64,000 bases of DNA from Verrucomicrobiia bacterium (GCA_963664225.1 OY760937.1:1472001-1536000); one strand, 5' to 3'; counted from the first letter of the stretch, positions 1 through 10,313 are shown. A program made the numbers and translations. The notes: generated by a model not told the origin, from the letters alone.

Positions 1-474
1 GGTTTTCTTTACAAGGGATATGAAGGTGGGCATCCGGAGCTCGGCCATATACCCGCACTTGCGGACGGGCCTGATTGTTACTGTGGGACGCGCGGATGCC
101 TTGAATCTCTGGCGTCCGGCAATGCGCTGGCGTGCGCTGGGAATGGCGTTGGAATTGCAGATGCATCGGCAGTTTTTGCCGCCGCCCAAAATGGCAATGC
201 TGCGGCTTTAAGAATTGAGGAGCAGGCCATCCGGGCTGTAGTTGCAGGCGTTTGGTCACTGTGTCACGCGTTTCTTCCCCAGCGAGTCGTGCTTGGAGGT
301 GGAATCATGGAAGCGCACTACGATTTGTTTGCGCCCGGCATCGTGCGGCAATTATCGCGCGCCACCCAGTTTTCTCCTTCATCCATCACTGTTGCCCGGT
401 CCACGCTCGGTGGAAATTCTGGAATGGTGGGTGCTGCCAGCATGGTCTTCGCCGCCCGCCCGTCGGCGCAATAA
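1..474 (+). CDS. ROK family protein (sugar kinase/repressor), 5'-truncated by window edge
   Basis: Frame 1 from base 1 reads GFLYKGYEGGHPELGHIPALADGPDCYCGTRGCLESLASG, matching the ROK ExGH and CxCGxxGCLE motifs. It ends VLGGGI...LGGNSGMVGAA. Confidence 0.88.
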   Translation, partial: GFLYKGYEGGHPELGHIPALADGPDCYCGTRGCLESLASGNALACAGNGVGIADASAVFAAAQNGNAAALRIEEQAIRAVVAGVWSLCHAFLPQRVVLGGGIMEAHYDLFAPGIVRQLSRATQFSPSSITVARSTLGGNSGMVGAASMVFAARPSAQ

Positions 475-523
475 TAATGCTTTGTATTTGCAGTCCGATG
501 CGCTTAATTTGGCCTCGTAACCC

Positions 524-1900
524 ATGCAAACACCTCGTCAAACCAAAGCGGATTCCAAGGTTCTCAATCGACGGACATTCCTGAGCGTTTCAGCCGCAGC
601 CACGGCTTCGTTCATGATCGTTCCGCGTCATGTCCTGGGCGGTGTCGGCCAGACTCCGCCGAGTGAAATATTAAACATTGGGGTTATCGGCGCGGGAGGC
701 CGCGGCGCCGATGATATCGAGGGGGTAAAGAGCCAAAACATCGTGGCGCTCTGCGACGTGGATGAGCGCAACGCGGCCGAATCCTTTAAACGCTTTCCAA
801 AGGCCAGTCGCCATCAGGATTTTCGAGTGATGCTGGAGAAGGAAAAAGGCATTGATGCCGTTGTCGTCGCCACCCCTGACCACATTCATGCCATTGCCTC
901 AATGACCGCCCTGAAGCATGGGAAGCATGTCTATTGTGAGAAGCCTCTTACGCATACGGTTTATGAGGCGCGCGCCCTGGCCAAAGCGGCCGCACAAACG
1001 CATTTGGCGACCCAGATGGGCAATCAGGGCATGGCCTTTGACGGGAATCGTCTGATCAAGGAATGGCTTTCCGCCGGAGCCATCGGCCCGGTTCATGAAG
1101 TTCATGCCTGGTCGGACCGGCCCACGCACCGCGGAAAATTACCTCCATGGTGGCCCCAAGCCATCGAACGTCCTACGGAGACTCCGCCCATTCCGGACGG
1201 ACTTGATTGGGACCTGTGGCTTGGCCCGGCTCCCTGGCGTCCCTATCATCCAGCCTATGTGCCGTTCAAGTGGCGTGGATGGTGGGATTTCGGTTCGGGC
1301 GGCCTCGGTGACATGGGCATCCACAATCTGGCCCCCGTATTTTCCGCTTTGAAGCTCGGCCCGCCGCTGAGCGTCCACGCAAGCTCCACCCCTTTGTTCA
1401 AGGAAACGCTGCCGTCAGCGGCCATCGTGCATTATCAGTTTGCGGCGCGAGGCGACATGCCACCCGTGGCTTTGCATTGGTACGATGGCGGATTGTTGCC
1501 TCAACGTCCGGAGGAACTGGAGGATGAGCGCACGTTGGATCCCGAAGATGGAATCATCTTTGTTGGCGAAAAAGGAAAGATTCTGGTCACCGGTTGGGGA
1601 GGGGAGCATCCCCGCCTCATTCCCGAATCCAGGCATCGGGACTTCAAGGCGCCAGCAGCATCTCTTCCGCGCTCGATTGGGCATTATGAGGAATGGATTC
1701 TCGCCTGCAAACAAGGTGCCCACACAGAGTCCAATTTCGCCTTTGCGGGCCCGTTGACCGAAGCGGTGCAGTTGGGTTGTGTCGCCATCCGCATGAACGG
1801 TGAAAAGCTCCAATGGGACAGCGCAAACATGAAAATTCCAAATGTGCCCGAAGCGGAGGAATTCCTACACTATAAGTATCGGGATGGTTGGTCGCTTTAA
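524..1900 (+). CDS. Gfo/Idh/MocA family oxidoreductase with Tat signal
   Basis: Twin-arginine NRRTFL, GVIGAGGRG Rossmann motif, ATPDHIH, CEKP, DWDLWLGPAP, GLGDMGIH. Confidence 0.92.
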   Translation: MQTPRQTKADSKVLNRRTFLSVSAAATASFMIVPRHVLGGVGQTPPSEILNIGVIGAGGRGADDIEGVKSQNIVALCDVDERNAAESFKRFPKASRHQDFRVMLEKEKGIDAVVVATPDHIHAIASMTALKHGKHVYCEKPLTHTVYEARALAKAAAQTHLATQMGNQGMAFDGNRLIKEWLSAGAIGPVHEVHAWSDRPTHRGKLPPWWPQAIERPTETPPIPDGLDWDLWLGPAPWRPYHPAYVPFKWRGWWDFGSGGLGDMGIHNLAPVFSALKLGPPLSVHASSTPLFKETLPSAAIVHYQFAARGDMPPVALHWYDGGLLPQRPEELEDERTLDPEDGIIFVGEKGKILVTGWGGEHPRLIPESRHRDFKAPAASLPRSIGHYEEWILACKQGAHTESNFAFAGPLTEAVQLGCVAIRMNGEKLQWDSANMKIPNVPEAEEFLHYKYRDGWSL

Positions 1901-2017
1901 TGCCTGGCCGACTGGCAACTTTTTGGATGACGCCTGGAACCAGTCCGGAAGCATGGATTTGTTGATTCCTGCTTTAAGCGCATTGCATGACACCCCTTAA
2001 TCATTTAGATTCAAAGT

Positions 2018-2917
2018 ATGAAAGTCCTTATCGCGGGGTGCGGCTATGTCGGAATTCCATTGGGATCGGCGTTAACCAAAGGGGGGCACGAAGTGTTTGC
2101 GTGCAATCGCACCAATGCGCTTCAAGCCGAAATCGAAAAGGAAGGCATCCATTTTCTTTCTGGTGACGTCAGCAATCGCAGCTCTCTTGAGAAACTTCCG
2201 GCTCCATTCGATTGGGTCGTGGATCTGGTTTCCGCAGGCGGCGGCGGGGCCGTCGAGTATCGCCAGACCTATCTCGAAGGCGCTAAGAACCTCATTGACT
2301 GGCTGAAATCAGCGCCACCCAGGAAGTTTGTGTTCACCAGTAGCACGGCCGTGTACGGCCAGGATGATGGATCCCAGGTAAAAGAGGAGAGTCCGACTGA
2401 TCCCGCATCGGAAACCGGCCGCATTCTCGTTGAGACAGAACGCGTGCTCATGGAGGCTTTTCAAACACTGAAATTCCCATCGATCATACTGCGCGTGGCC
2501 GGAATTTATGGGCCGGACCGCGGATATTGGCTGCGCCAATTTCTCCAGAACCAGGCGGTCATTGAAGGAAATGGGGAGCGCTGTGTGAACATGATTCACC
2601 GGGATGACCTGGTTCAGATCATCATGGCCGCTTTGCAATCAGGCCGGCCTGGGCAGGTGTATAATGCGGTCGATGACGAACCCGTTTCGCAAATGCATTT
2701 ATTGCGCTGGCTATCGGACGCCACAGGCAAACCGATGCCACCGTTCTCCCCGGTATCACAGGCCAGCGCGCGGTCACGCCTTGTCACCCATAAGCGCGTG
2801 CTCAATCGAAGAATGAAGATGGAATTGGGGATTCAGCTTAAATATCCCAACTTTCGCCAGGGCTTGACGGCGGAAATTCAGCGTCTGGAGCAAATCGGCG
2901 CGGTGGACCTCGCATAG
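2018..2917 (+). CDS. NAD-dependent epimerase/dehydratase (atypical SDR, YeeZ-like)
   Basis: IAGCGYVG, FTSSTAVYG, LRVAGIYGPDR, NMIHRDDL, YNAVDDEP. Confidence 0.88.
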   Translation: MKVLIAGCGYVGIPLGSALTKGGHEVFACNRTNALQAEIEKEGIHFLSGDVSNRSSLEKLPAPFDWVVDLVSAGGGGAVEYRQTYLEGAKNLIDWLKSAPPRKFVFTSSTAVYGQDDGSQVKEESPTDPASETGRILVETERVLMEAFQTLKFPSIILRVAGIYGPDRGYWLRQFLQNQAVIEGNGERCVNMIHRDDLVQIIMAALQSGRPGQVYNAVDDEPVSQMHLLRWLSDATGKPMPPFSPVSQASARSRLVTHKRVLNRRMKMELGIQLKYPNFRQGLTAEIQRLEQIGAVDLA

Positions 2918-3004
2918 TTTTGGCGATTGTTTTTAGTCGATGGCCCACTCAAAAGGACAGGATTTTTCTTTCTTGGCGGGCTTCGATGCCTCAATCATTG
3001 AGGC

Positions 3005-4426
3005 ATGTTAACGGAACTTCGGTCAGTTCACTTTGTCGGGATTTGCGGGACGGCGATGGCTTCCGCCGCCGTGGCCATGCGGGAGGCAGGCTTTCAGGTG
3101 ACCGGCTCGGACCTCAATGTCTATCCGCCGATGTCCACATTTCTCGCAGATCGGAAAATCAGCGTGATGGCGGGCTACGAGGAATCCCACCTGGCGCACA
3201 AACCGGATCTTGTGGTGATTGGAAATGCCGTTTCACGCGGCAATCCTGAGGCCGAATTCGTTCTCGCAAACAAACTGCGCTACTGTTCGCTGCCGGAATT
3301 GCTGAAGGAATTCTTCATTCGCGGAAAACGTTCTCTGGTCGTTACAGGCACTCACGGCAAAACCACGACGTCATCGCTGCTTGCCTGGGTATTTGAGAGT
3401 TCCGGTCTGGCTCCCAGTTTTCTTATTGGGGGGATTCCGAGCAACCTGGGGCAGGGGGCCCGTTTCACAAAAGGCGACTGGTTTATCATCGAGGGGGATG
3501 AATATGACACCGCATTTTTTGACAAACGCAGCAAGTTTGTTCATTACCTGCCAGAGGTGGCCATCATCAACAACCTGGAATTTGACCACGCCGATATTTT
3601 TGAGAATCTTGCCGCGATTCAAACCAGTTTTAAAAGGCTCATCGCATTGGTCCCTCGCAACGGTTTATTGCTCGTCAACGGTGACGATCCCAATATTGTC
3701 CCGCTGCTAAATATAAATCATTGTCCTGTAAAACGCTTTGGTTTGGGACCGGATAACGATTATCGCGCCACCGAATGCCGTTATTCCCCGGATTCCTCCG
3801 AATTCAAAATGGGCCAGGATCATTTTCGCATCGGACTCGTGGGTGAATTGAACGTTCGCAATGCACTGGCCGTGGCGGCTTGCGCCTCGCATTGCGGCTT
3901 AAGTCATGCCCAGATTCAAAAGGCTTTCGAAACCTTCACTGGCATCCGTCGTCGCATGGAGATAAAGGGAAAGGGAAGAGGCGTCACCGTTGTGGACGAT
4001 TTCGGTCATCATCCCACCGCAATTCGTGAAACCATCAAAGCCTTGCGGTTGAAGTTTCCCGGTCAACCTCTTTGGGCTGTGTTCGAACCGCGCTCAAACA
4101 CCACGCGGCGCAATGTTTTCCAAACTGAACTTGCCTCGGCGCTGGCGGAGGCGGATCGAGTGGTTGTGGCTCAAGTGGCCCGGCTGGAGCAATTGCCCGC
4201 AGCCGAACGACTGGATCCAGCCCGATTGATGCGTGACCTCCAGTCTGCGGGAAAACCCGCCGTCTATCTTCCCGATGTGGACGCGATTGTTGAACATGTT
4301 GCTCAGAATGCCCTGGATGGCGATGTGGTTTGTGTCTTTAGCAACGGTGGATTCGGCGGCATACACACAAAACTGATCGAAAAGTTGAACGCGGAAAGCA
4401 TGCAGAACAATCAGAAATCTGCTTGA
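3005..4426 (+). CDS. mpl: UDP-N-acetylmuramate:L-alanyl-gamma-D-glutamyl-meso-diaminopimelate ligase
   Basis: HFVGICGTAM, GTHGKTTT, IEGDEYDTAFFDKRSKFVHY, DDFGHHPTAI, FEPRSNT, SNGGFGG: Mpl signatures. Confidence 0.93.
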   Translation: MLTELRSVHFVGICGTAMASAAVAMREAGFQVTGSDLNVYPPMSTFLADRKISVMAGYEESHLAHKPDLVVIGNAVSRGNPEAEFVLANKLRYCSLPELLKEFFIRGKRSLVVTGTHGKTTTSSLLAWVFESSGLAPSFLIGGIPSNLGQGARFTKGDWFIIEGDEYDTAFFDKRSKFVHYLPEVAIINNLEFDHADIFENLAAIQTSFKRLIALVPRNGLLLVNGDDPNIVPLLNINHCPVKRFGLGPDNDYRATECRYSPDSSEFKMGQDHFRIGLVGELNVRNALAVAACASHCGLSHAQIQKAFETFTGIRRRMEIKGKGRGVTVVDDFGHHPTAIRETIKALRLKFPGQPLWAVFEPRSNTTRRNVFQTELASALAEADRVVVAQVARLEQLPAAERLDPARLMRDLQSAGKPAVYLPDVDAIVEHVAQNALDGDVVCVFSNGGFGGIHTKLIEKLNAESMQNNQKSA

Positions 4427-5019
4427 GAGGAATGGCATGAAAAAGCTGCTGGGTAAATGTTTGCGCCCAGCCGGTTGAATTCGGATTTCATCGGCATTCT
4501 CATTTCAATGGCTGGCAGACACCTAAGACCACATGAAACGAGGCTTTAGGAATGAGTTGCGAAGAGGGGTCTGAATGATGGCGTATTAGATATAACAAAC
4601 ATTGTGCGAAGATTCTTCGGAGGTGTCCTGATCTACCGTTTCCTGCATTGCGATTTTATTGATAATTCCGCGCAAACTCAATTCCTTTGGATTTATGCAT
4701 ATTTATGCGCATTCCATTTGTTTGCAATCGCTTGCATCAGATTACTACGGAGACTTCAACTGCAACGATCCGCGCAAATGCATTTACGATCGATAATTCC
4801 GCCAATTTCAAATGTCCATTATAGGGTCTTACGGCTCAATTACTTAAACAGCCCAAACGAAAACAGGCCGCAAATTGCGCGAAATGGTAAGGTTGTGAAG
4901 TGCGCGCACAGCCTCATTCGGAGACAAATTTGATTTGTAGGGATATGTTCCAGCCCAAATCGATTTTTTGAGGTGCTCCCCTCGGTTTATTGCGATAAAA
5001 TGAACCCATTGGTTGCCAA

Positions 5020-5850
5020 ATGAATGACATATTTATAATTCTTAACCATTCCCAAGTGCGCAGTGCGCAGACGCTAACTGCATTTGATCACCGCATTGGT
5101 GCAAAACTCACGGATTGGGGAATTGCGACTTATACCGAGTCGGGAACCCAAATCTTTGCTCCTGAGAGAACTTCCGCCAAGAACTTAAAATCCCAACTGA
5201 CGGCTGCCTGCGAATGTCCCGGCAGCAAAGCTTTAGTGGCTCGAATCGTTACCAAGTCGGACGTCAATACAGCCAGCCGGCAGCCGATCGTGCTTAATTT
5301 TCTTGGGAGGGATTGGCTTTTTGTCAGCGATCTCGAGACTGAGACGATAAATTTTCGTGCCGAACGGCTTCCTGGCTCTCGGATCAATGGCAAAACAACC
5401 GCTTCTTCGTGCATCTTCGAATATTTACGCAATCGCGCTTTGGAATATGTCCCGAATGCTCCAAAACGTAGTCTTAAGGAAGCATTCTGTGAGGCCTTTA
5501 GTGATTTGCTTGAAGCCGCCCCAAAAGCAGGCTGTAGTATTGCTTTCACCAATGGCACACTCAGTTTTGTTTTCGTGTACCACCGGCCTGTCTACCTTTG
5601 TGATCCACCTATTCGAGGTTGTCCAACTGTGGTTTCAACTATCCGGTTGGCGAATAAAATAACGTCGAGGAAATTTGAACGAAACAATGATGTTAAAGCT
5701 ATTATGCTAATATTATACAATGACGATTTGGCTGAGATAGTCCATATTCCTAACCCGCAAAGAACCTTCGACCGTCGACGTAAACATAAGTGTGACTTGG
5801 AAGATCTGGCGGATTTGTTTAGAGATTATGAGACCATCGGCGGGAATTAA
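5020..5850 (+). CDS. Degenerate class II glutamine amidotransferase (YafJ/EgtC-like Ntn fold) lacking the catalytic Cys
   Basis: DWGIATY, ALVARIVTKS..VNTASRQPIVLNFLGRDWLF and G.T.SSCIFEYL align by eye to YafJ-type GWGI.FY, HIR.A...NTHPF.RE.WGR.W.FAHNG and G.TDSE.AF. The N-terminus is MND instead of MC. Confidence 0.55.
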   Translation: MNDIFIILNHSQVRSAQTLTAFDHRIGAKLTDWGIATYTESGTQIFAPERTSAKNLKSQLTAACECPGSKALVARIVTKSDVNTASRQPIVLNFLGRDWLFVSDLETETINFRAERLPGSRINGKTTASSCIFEYLRNRALEYVPNAPKRSLKEAFCEAFSDLLEAAPKAGCSIAFTNGTLSFVFVYHRPVYLCDPPIRGCPTVVSTIRLANKITSRKFERNNDVKAIMLILYNDDLAEIVHIPNPQRTFDRRRKHKCDLEDLADLFRDYETIGGN

Positions 5851-6465
5851 GTAAATAGGAAACGATGTCCCCCAAAAAACTTACAGCTGCAAACATTTCG
5901 ATGGTAAATAAGCTGTTGTGGACCGACAAAATAGATGTCCTTGTTCAAGGTCCATAGAGTGCAATCAAGCCAATCAATATGCAACTCATTCCACATCAAT
6001 GGTATGCTAAATTTATAAATGTTTGTGGTTTTGACTGCTCTTGAGGCTTTTTGGTTTTGGTTCCGGGCCTTTTAATCTGTCGGGATGGACGTCAGAAATT
6101 CTTTGCATGTTGTTCGTGCTTAATCAACCTGTTGGCAACGACTTATATAAGTCCATTCGTCAATTGTGGGGACCGCGAATGGTCGCAATATCCAATTGAT
6201 CTCAAACGCGCGCAGCGTTTGAGGATGCGGTTTCGGATATTGAGGTAAATTGATCGGATCAGCAAAGTCAGTGAGAATGAGATCCATTTCAACGCATTAC
6301 CGGAGACCGGACATGAAATAGATTTATATTTATGACATGCGATGTAATAGTATTACTATTACTATACATTAGATATAGGAATGTCTCAATGAACATTTTA
6401 TTCACATTGGACCATTATGCTGACAAAAGACATATCTCATAATATAACTCAGAATGAGCTAAATG

Positions 6466-6648
6466 TGACTCGGCTTAAAGATTCTCTCGATCGCTTGTTT
6501 TTTGCTCAACGCTTTATGCTTTTTCCGACGTTCAATGGAACGGTTGCACTGCCTTAATGGATAAGAACTTGCGAGGACATTTTTTCGGCCTTCATACCTT
6601 TTCGAGAGAACTATTCGGCAAAAACGGACTATGAACGATTCACTGCAT
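6466..6648 (+). repeat. ~180-bp diverged direct repeat, copy 1
   Basis: Colinear with 6903-7086. Shared blocks include attctctcgatcg, tttgctcaa, atggaac, gcact, ttaatggataag.acttgcga, ccttcatac, aacgattc.ctg. Confidence 0.85.
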
Positions 6649-6902
6649 GGGCAGGCTGGATCACAAAGCGCAGGATTTTCAGAACGCCTAAAAGGACAAC
6701 GGCAGCAGAAAACCGAGGTGCCGGAAACCGGGCAGGGCGTATTGCCACTGCTCTATCGTTATTGGAATTCTGAAAGCAAAGAGACGGCGGTGTCAATCTT
6801 GCTGTAAGGGCAAAGCGATGTGTATTTGTAGGACGCCGCATTCCCCTGCCCTGTGCCGCTCCTTTCAAATCCAACTTGGCGGATCCATCCGTTTGACTAT
6901 AA

Positions 6903-7086
6903 TGATTCGGATTATAGAATTCTCTCGATCGGGTGTTGTTTGCTCAAAGGCTCGTGTCTTCTCCAGATTTTCTATGGAACAGCTGCACTACATTAATGGA
7001 TAAGGACTTGCGATTGTCATATTTCGACCTTCATACATTTTGAGAAAACTAATCGACAAAACCAAGGTATTAACGATTCGCTGAAT
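6903..7086 (+). repeat. ~180-bp diverged direct repeat, copy 2
   Basis: Same blocks as copy 1. The motif cccctgccctg also recurs at ~6843 and ~7114. Confidence 0.85.
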
Positions 7087-7174
7087 TTTAGCATCTTGAG
7101 ATTCGGCATTGCTCCCCTGCCCTGCCTCTAATAATTGATTGTGGATCAACCAATCGCCATGGCCGTGGCGACAA

Positions 7175-7441
7175 TCATTTTTCTGCGGCAGCTTCAATTT
7201 GCTCGAATTTGTCCCAGAGACTACGAATCACCATTTTTTGATCCGCGCCGCAGGCACCACAAATAGCATAGAATTCCACCACATCCAACCGACGTTGGCC
7301 AACCTCTAAACGCCCGACCAAATTACGTTCTCGCCCAAGCCGTTCTGCCAATTGACGTTGGCTAAGACCAGCTTTTCGTCGAATTTCCACAATGGTCTCC
7401 CTCAGGCATTCTGCCTGCCGCGTATATATTGTTTTGTCCAT
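7175..7441 (-). CDS. XRE-family HTH transcriptional regulator
   Basis: MDKTIY...EIRRKAGLSQRQLAERLGRERNLVGRLEVGQRRLDVVEF. Start refined to the ATG at 7441. Confidence 0.88.
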   Translation of the reverse strand: MDKTIYTRQAECLRETIVEIRRKAGLSQRQLAERLGRERNLVGRLEVGQRRLDVVEFYAICGACGADQKMVIRSLWDKFEQIEAAAEK

Positions 7442-7498
7442 GCCCCCATAATGAGAGCAATATTGGCTTGCACCCAAAATGCGAGCGGTTATAGTGCT

Positions 7499-8038
7499 AT
7501 GCATGAAAGTGCCTCCGCGAAGATGAACTGGAAAACGATATCGGGCCTAATCAGCCGAAAAGACGAAATGCAAAGCCAAACGGCCAAGCAGGATGAGATC
7601 TCGAAGTTGATTCGGATATACGATTGTCGCGTCACGGCATCCACCGGGGCGATGGTTCCTGCCGAAATGGCTGAACGGTTATGCAATTTGAATACCGCAC
7701 TGCCAGAATATGCAAAACGCGATGTCGTTCTGACGGGCCTAGCGATGATTTTGGAAATCTGCGAGCGCACCCCGAAACAACCCGCTCTAGAACTCAGATT
7801 AGGAGCTTTTAAGAGCCGCGGACAAACAAGCTTGGGACTCAGATCCCCATTGGAACTGGACCGGCGTCTGACCAAGATTGTTCAGAGTTTCCCTGGAGTT
7901 TCGAAACGTGACGTCATCGTTGCGGGCCTCGACTTGATTTTAACAAAATGTGAAGCAATAAATGGGGGTCCGTTCGCTTCAACTCAAGACCAAGCAGTTT
8001 CGAAAGAAGAAGGAGAAATGAAGAGCAATACACTCTAA
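7499..8038 (+). CDS. Hypothetical protein with two tandem ribbon-helix-helix-like repeats
   Basis: Internal repeat STGAMVPAEMAERL..L...LPEYAKRDVVLTGLAMILEICE / SLGLRSPLELDRRL..I...FPGVSKRDVIVAGLDLILTKCE. Divergent from the XRE gene. Start uncertain (7499, 7523 or 7568). Confidence 0.6.
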   Translation: MHESASAKMNWKTISGLISRKDEMQSQTAKQDEISKLIRIYDCRVTASTGAMVPAEMAERLCNLNTALPEYAKRDVVLTGLAMILEICERTPKQPALELRLGAFKSRGQTSLGLRSPLELDRRLTKIVQSFPGVSKRDVIVAGLDLILTKCEAINGGPFASTQDQAVSKEEGEMKSNTL

Positions 8039-8279
8039 ATCCGGCCAAGACATTCTGAAAAAAGCAACGAAGCGAAAAGAACGGCTGGGAGCCAGGCGTA
8101 ACGAGATCGCCGAAGAATTCGGTCATATTTTCGGCGAATTCATCAAATATATCGTTACTTTTCTTTCTGCTTTGCCGATCCCCACGACACTAAACATGTC
8201 GCCGAAGTTTGAATTGGCGGCCATTTTGATGTATTTGACGATGTGGCCTGTTACGGCCCGCAATGCCGTCGTATTTAGT

Positions 8280-8404
8280 GCCGTCGTGATTGACCGGCTC
8301 TCTGTGGAAAGAGGGCTTAACGATGGCTTGAGCCGGATGAAGGGAAACTTTCAAGTCCGGTTCTGAGGGGAGGGGGCAGTCGCAAGATTGCCTCCTTACC
8401 CGAC
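8280..8404 (+). ncRNA. Group II intron 3' fragment (domains V-VI)
   Basis: D5 GAGCCGGATGAAGGGAAACTTTCAAGTCCGGTTC at 8330-8363, followed by a D6 hairpin ending in TTACCCGAC (canonical AY end). Confidence 0.88.
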
Positions 8405-9125
8405 TATGATGAACTGACGGCGGCGGACTCGCCGCAGGCCGGGAACATCCGCCGGGCGGGTTGCGCGGCGCACATGAGACGGTATTTTGACAAGGCTCAT
8501 GCGATCGATCCACAAGAGACGCAGGCCCTGGCGGTGGTGCAAAAGATCGCCAAACTTTACCTTGTGGAAAACCAGGCCCGGCAGGAGGGGCTGGATGCTG
8601 CGGGCCGACTGGCCCTGCGCCAGCAAAAGAGTGTGCCGGTGATGGCCGAGTTGAAAGCGCAGATTCAAAAACTCCAGACCACGGCTCTGCCCAAGAGTGC
8701 CCTGGGACGAGCCTGCCATTATGCCCTGGAGCAATGGGAACGCCTGGAAGTGTTTTTGAAAGACGGTGCGATTGACGCTGATAATAACAGATGCGAGAAC
8801 GGGATGAGACCCATCGCCCTGGGCCGCAAAAATTGGATGCTCATTGGCAGCGAATCCGCGGGGCCAAAGGTGGCGGCCATCCTGTCGGTCATCGAAACCT
8901 GCCGACGGTTGAAGCTCGACGTTCGGAAATATTTGAAAGACGTCTTGCACCCATTGTCCCGGTGGCCAGTGCCCAACCCGGCGCAACTGACGCCGTTGGC
9001 CTGGCAGCAACGCCAGAAACCCAAGACTTCCTAAATCGGGTTTTGGGAAATCAGGGAGTGCAGTAGCTGATTCGCTTTTACCCAGGGTCCCATCGCCAAT
9101 CCATTCATTCACTTGAATAGATTAC
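8405..9125 (+). mobile_element. IS66 family remnant: 3' part of tnpC (8405-9034) plus right end
   Basis: In-frame YDELT...IRRAGCAAHMRRYFD, PKSALGRACHYALEQW, DNNRCENGMRPIALGRKNW, SVIETCR. The end ...gaatagattac reads GTAATC on the reverse strand, matching IS66-type GTAA termini. Confidence 0.85.
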
Positions 9126-9357
9126 CCTGCCCGACCCCTTGCCGCCTATATGGTGTTGCCCACGCCAATACACTCAACAAGTCCTATTTGCGCCATTGTG
9201 ACGAACGAAGGCTGGTGAACAACCGACTGAAGCTATGGCTCCAGTCCGATAGAAACGCCGCATACCTCAATAGTAAATACATCAGAAGCGCAGTCCAAAC
9301 CTGCCAGCGCACCGCGTTGTCGCTGTTGCCCAGAAAGTCGGCCAGTTGCAGGATCTG

Positions 9358-10313
9358 GTCGGGTAAGAGGATGGCCTTTCGGCCACCCTCTCCCCTAAGA
9401 ACCGTACGGGAGACTTTCGCCTCATACGGCTCACGCCGTTGCAAAGCCCTGCTACGGGCAGGGCCGGTCCAATCATGACGGTTATTTTCCGTCACTCGTT
9501 TACAGCCAATGCTTTGCCGCTAAACGAGTGGGTCAGCAGCCGTTGCAAGATTTTCACCTTGCCCCAGCGTCTTTCCCGTGTGGCCTTCAAGATACGGGCT
9601 TGCAGCCTTTTTACCTGGCGTCGACACCGGTCCCAGTCGATCTGGTCCCAGTGCTGAATCAGGTCGGAGGATGCACACATGGATAAATCCACGTTCATTT
9701 GCGATTTCCTCCACAAAAAGGTTCTGCCAACGCTCTCGTGACGCTCGACCTGCTGGAAGTCTGCCCGCTTTCGCGGCGGGGCCATGTTGCCGCCCCTGTC
9801 CATTCTGTTATCGAATGGCTTTGGCTTGTTCCAGCTATCCTCTGCCCGGCACTCCATGGGTTGATCTTGCGGCGCACCTTGCCTCCGAGAAGGCGGAATA
9901 CCGGGTTTACCGTGTTTCGTTTACATAACACGAATGATTTAGCCCCCATCTCTACACCGGCAATCGACATTGTCCGTGTGCCCCGATTCAAAAGCGAGGC
10001 AACCGATTGCATACCTTTTGGTTTAAGCCTGATCAGCATCTTTGGCTTATTGGTTTAACGATGCTTGTGACGGTTCATTGTGTATTGGGCTTGTCATCCA
10101 GCCTGACCCTCCGTCCGCCTTGATGCTGGCGGTCGCAGAGACTTCCTCACGGTTGTCTCCTCCCTCCGAAAAGGGGAGGTATGTTGTCCCGGCAGCTTCC
10201 GACCCGACCGTTATCAGTCGCGCCGGTGCCGGTGGAGCTACTACAAACGGAATTGTAGGTTTAATCTATGGTTTTCATATTTAAACAATTACGTAAACGA
10301 CTTCACGTCGCAC
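9358..10313 (-). ncRNA. Group II intron, both ends intact, RT ORF internally deleted (956 nt)
   Basis: 5' end GTGCG at 10313. D5 GAGCCGTATGAGGCGAAAGTCTCCCGTACGGTTC at 9432-9399. 3' end TTACCCGAC at 9358. Candidate EBS1 loop TTTGAA (9992-9987) is complementary to exon IBS1 TTCAAG. Confidence 0.9.
9492..9698 (-). pseudogene. Truncated intron-encoded reverse transcriptase (N-terminal RVT_N region only)
   Basis: WDQIDWDRCRRQVKRLQARILKATRERRWGKVKILQRLLTHSFSGKALAV, then stop. No YADD core. Confidence 0.85.

Noticed and set aside
4604..4933. 109-aa ORF
   Set aside because: No motif or RBS recognised and unusual composition; unsupported.
4500..7170. CRISPR array in the low-coding AT-rich region
   Set aside because: No regularly spaced identical 23-47 bp repeats and no cas genes; only a two-copy diverged duplication.
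8396..9112. 238-aa minus-strand ORF
   Set aside because: Antisense shadow of IS66 tnpC.
9492..9857. Functional reverse transcriptase, retron or DGR
   Set aside because: Only the group II RVT_N stub is present, with no YADD core, and it lies inside intron boundaries.
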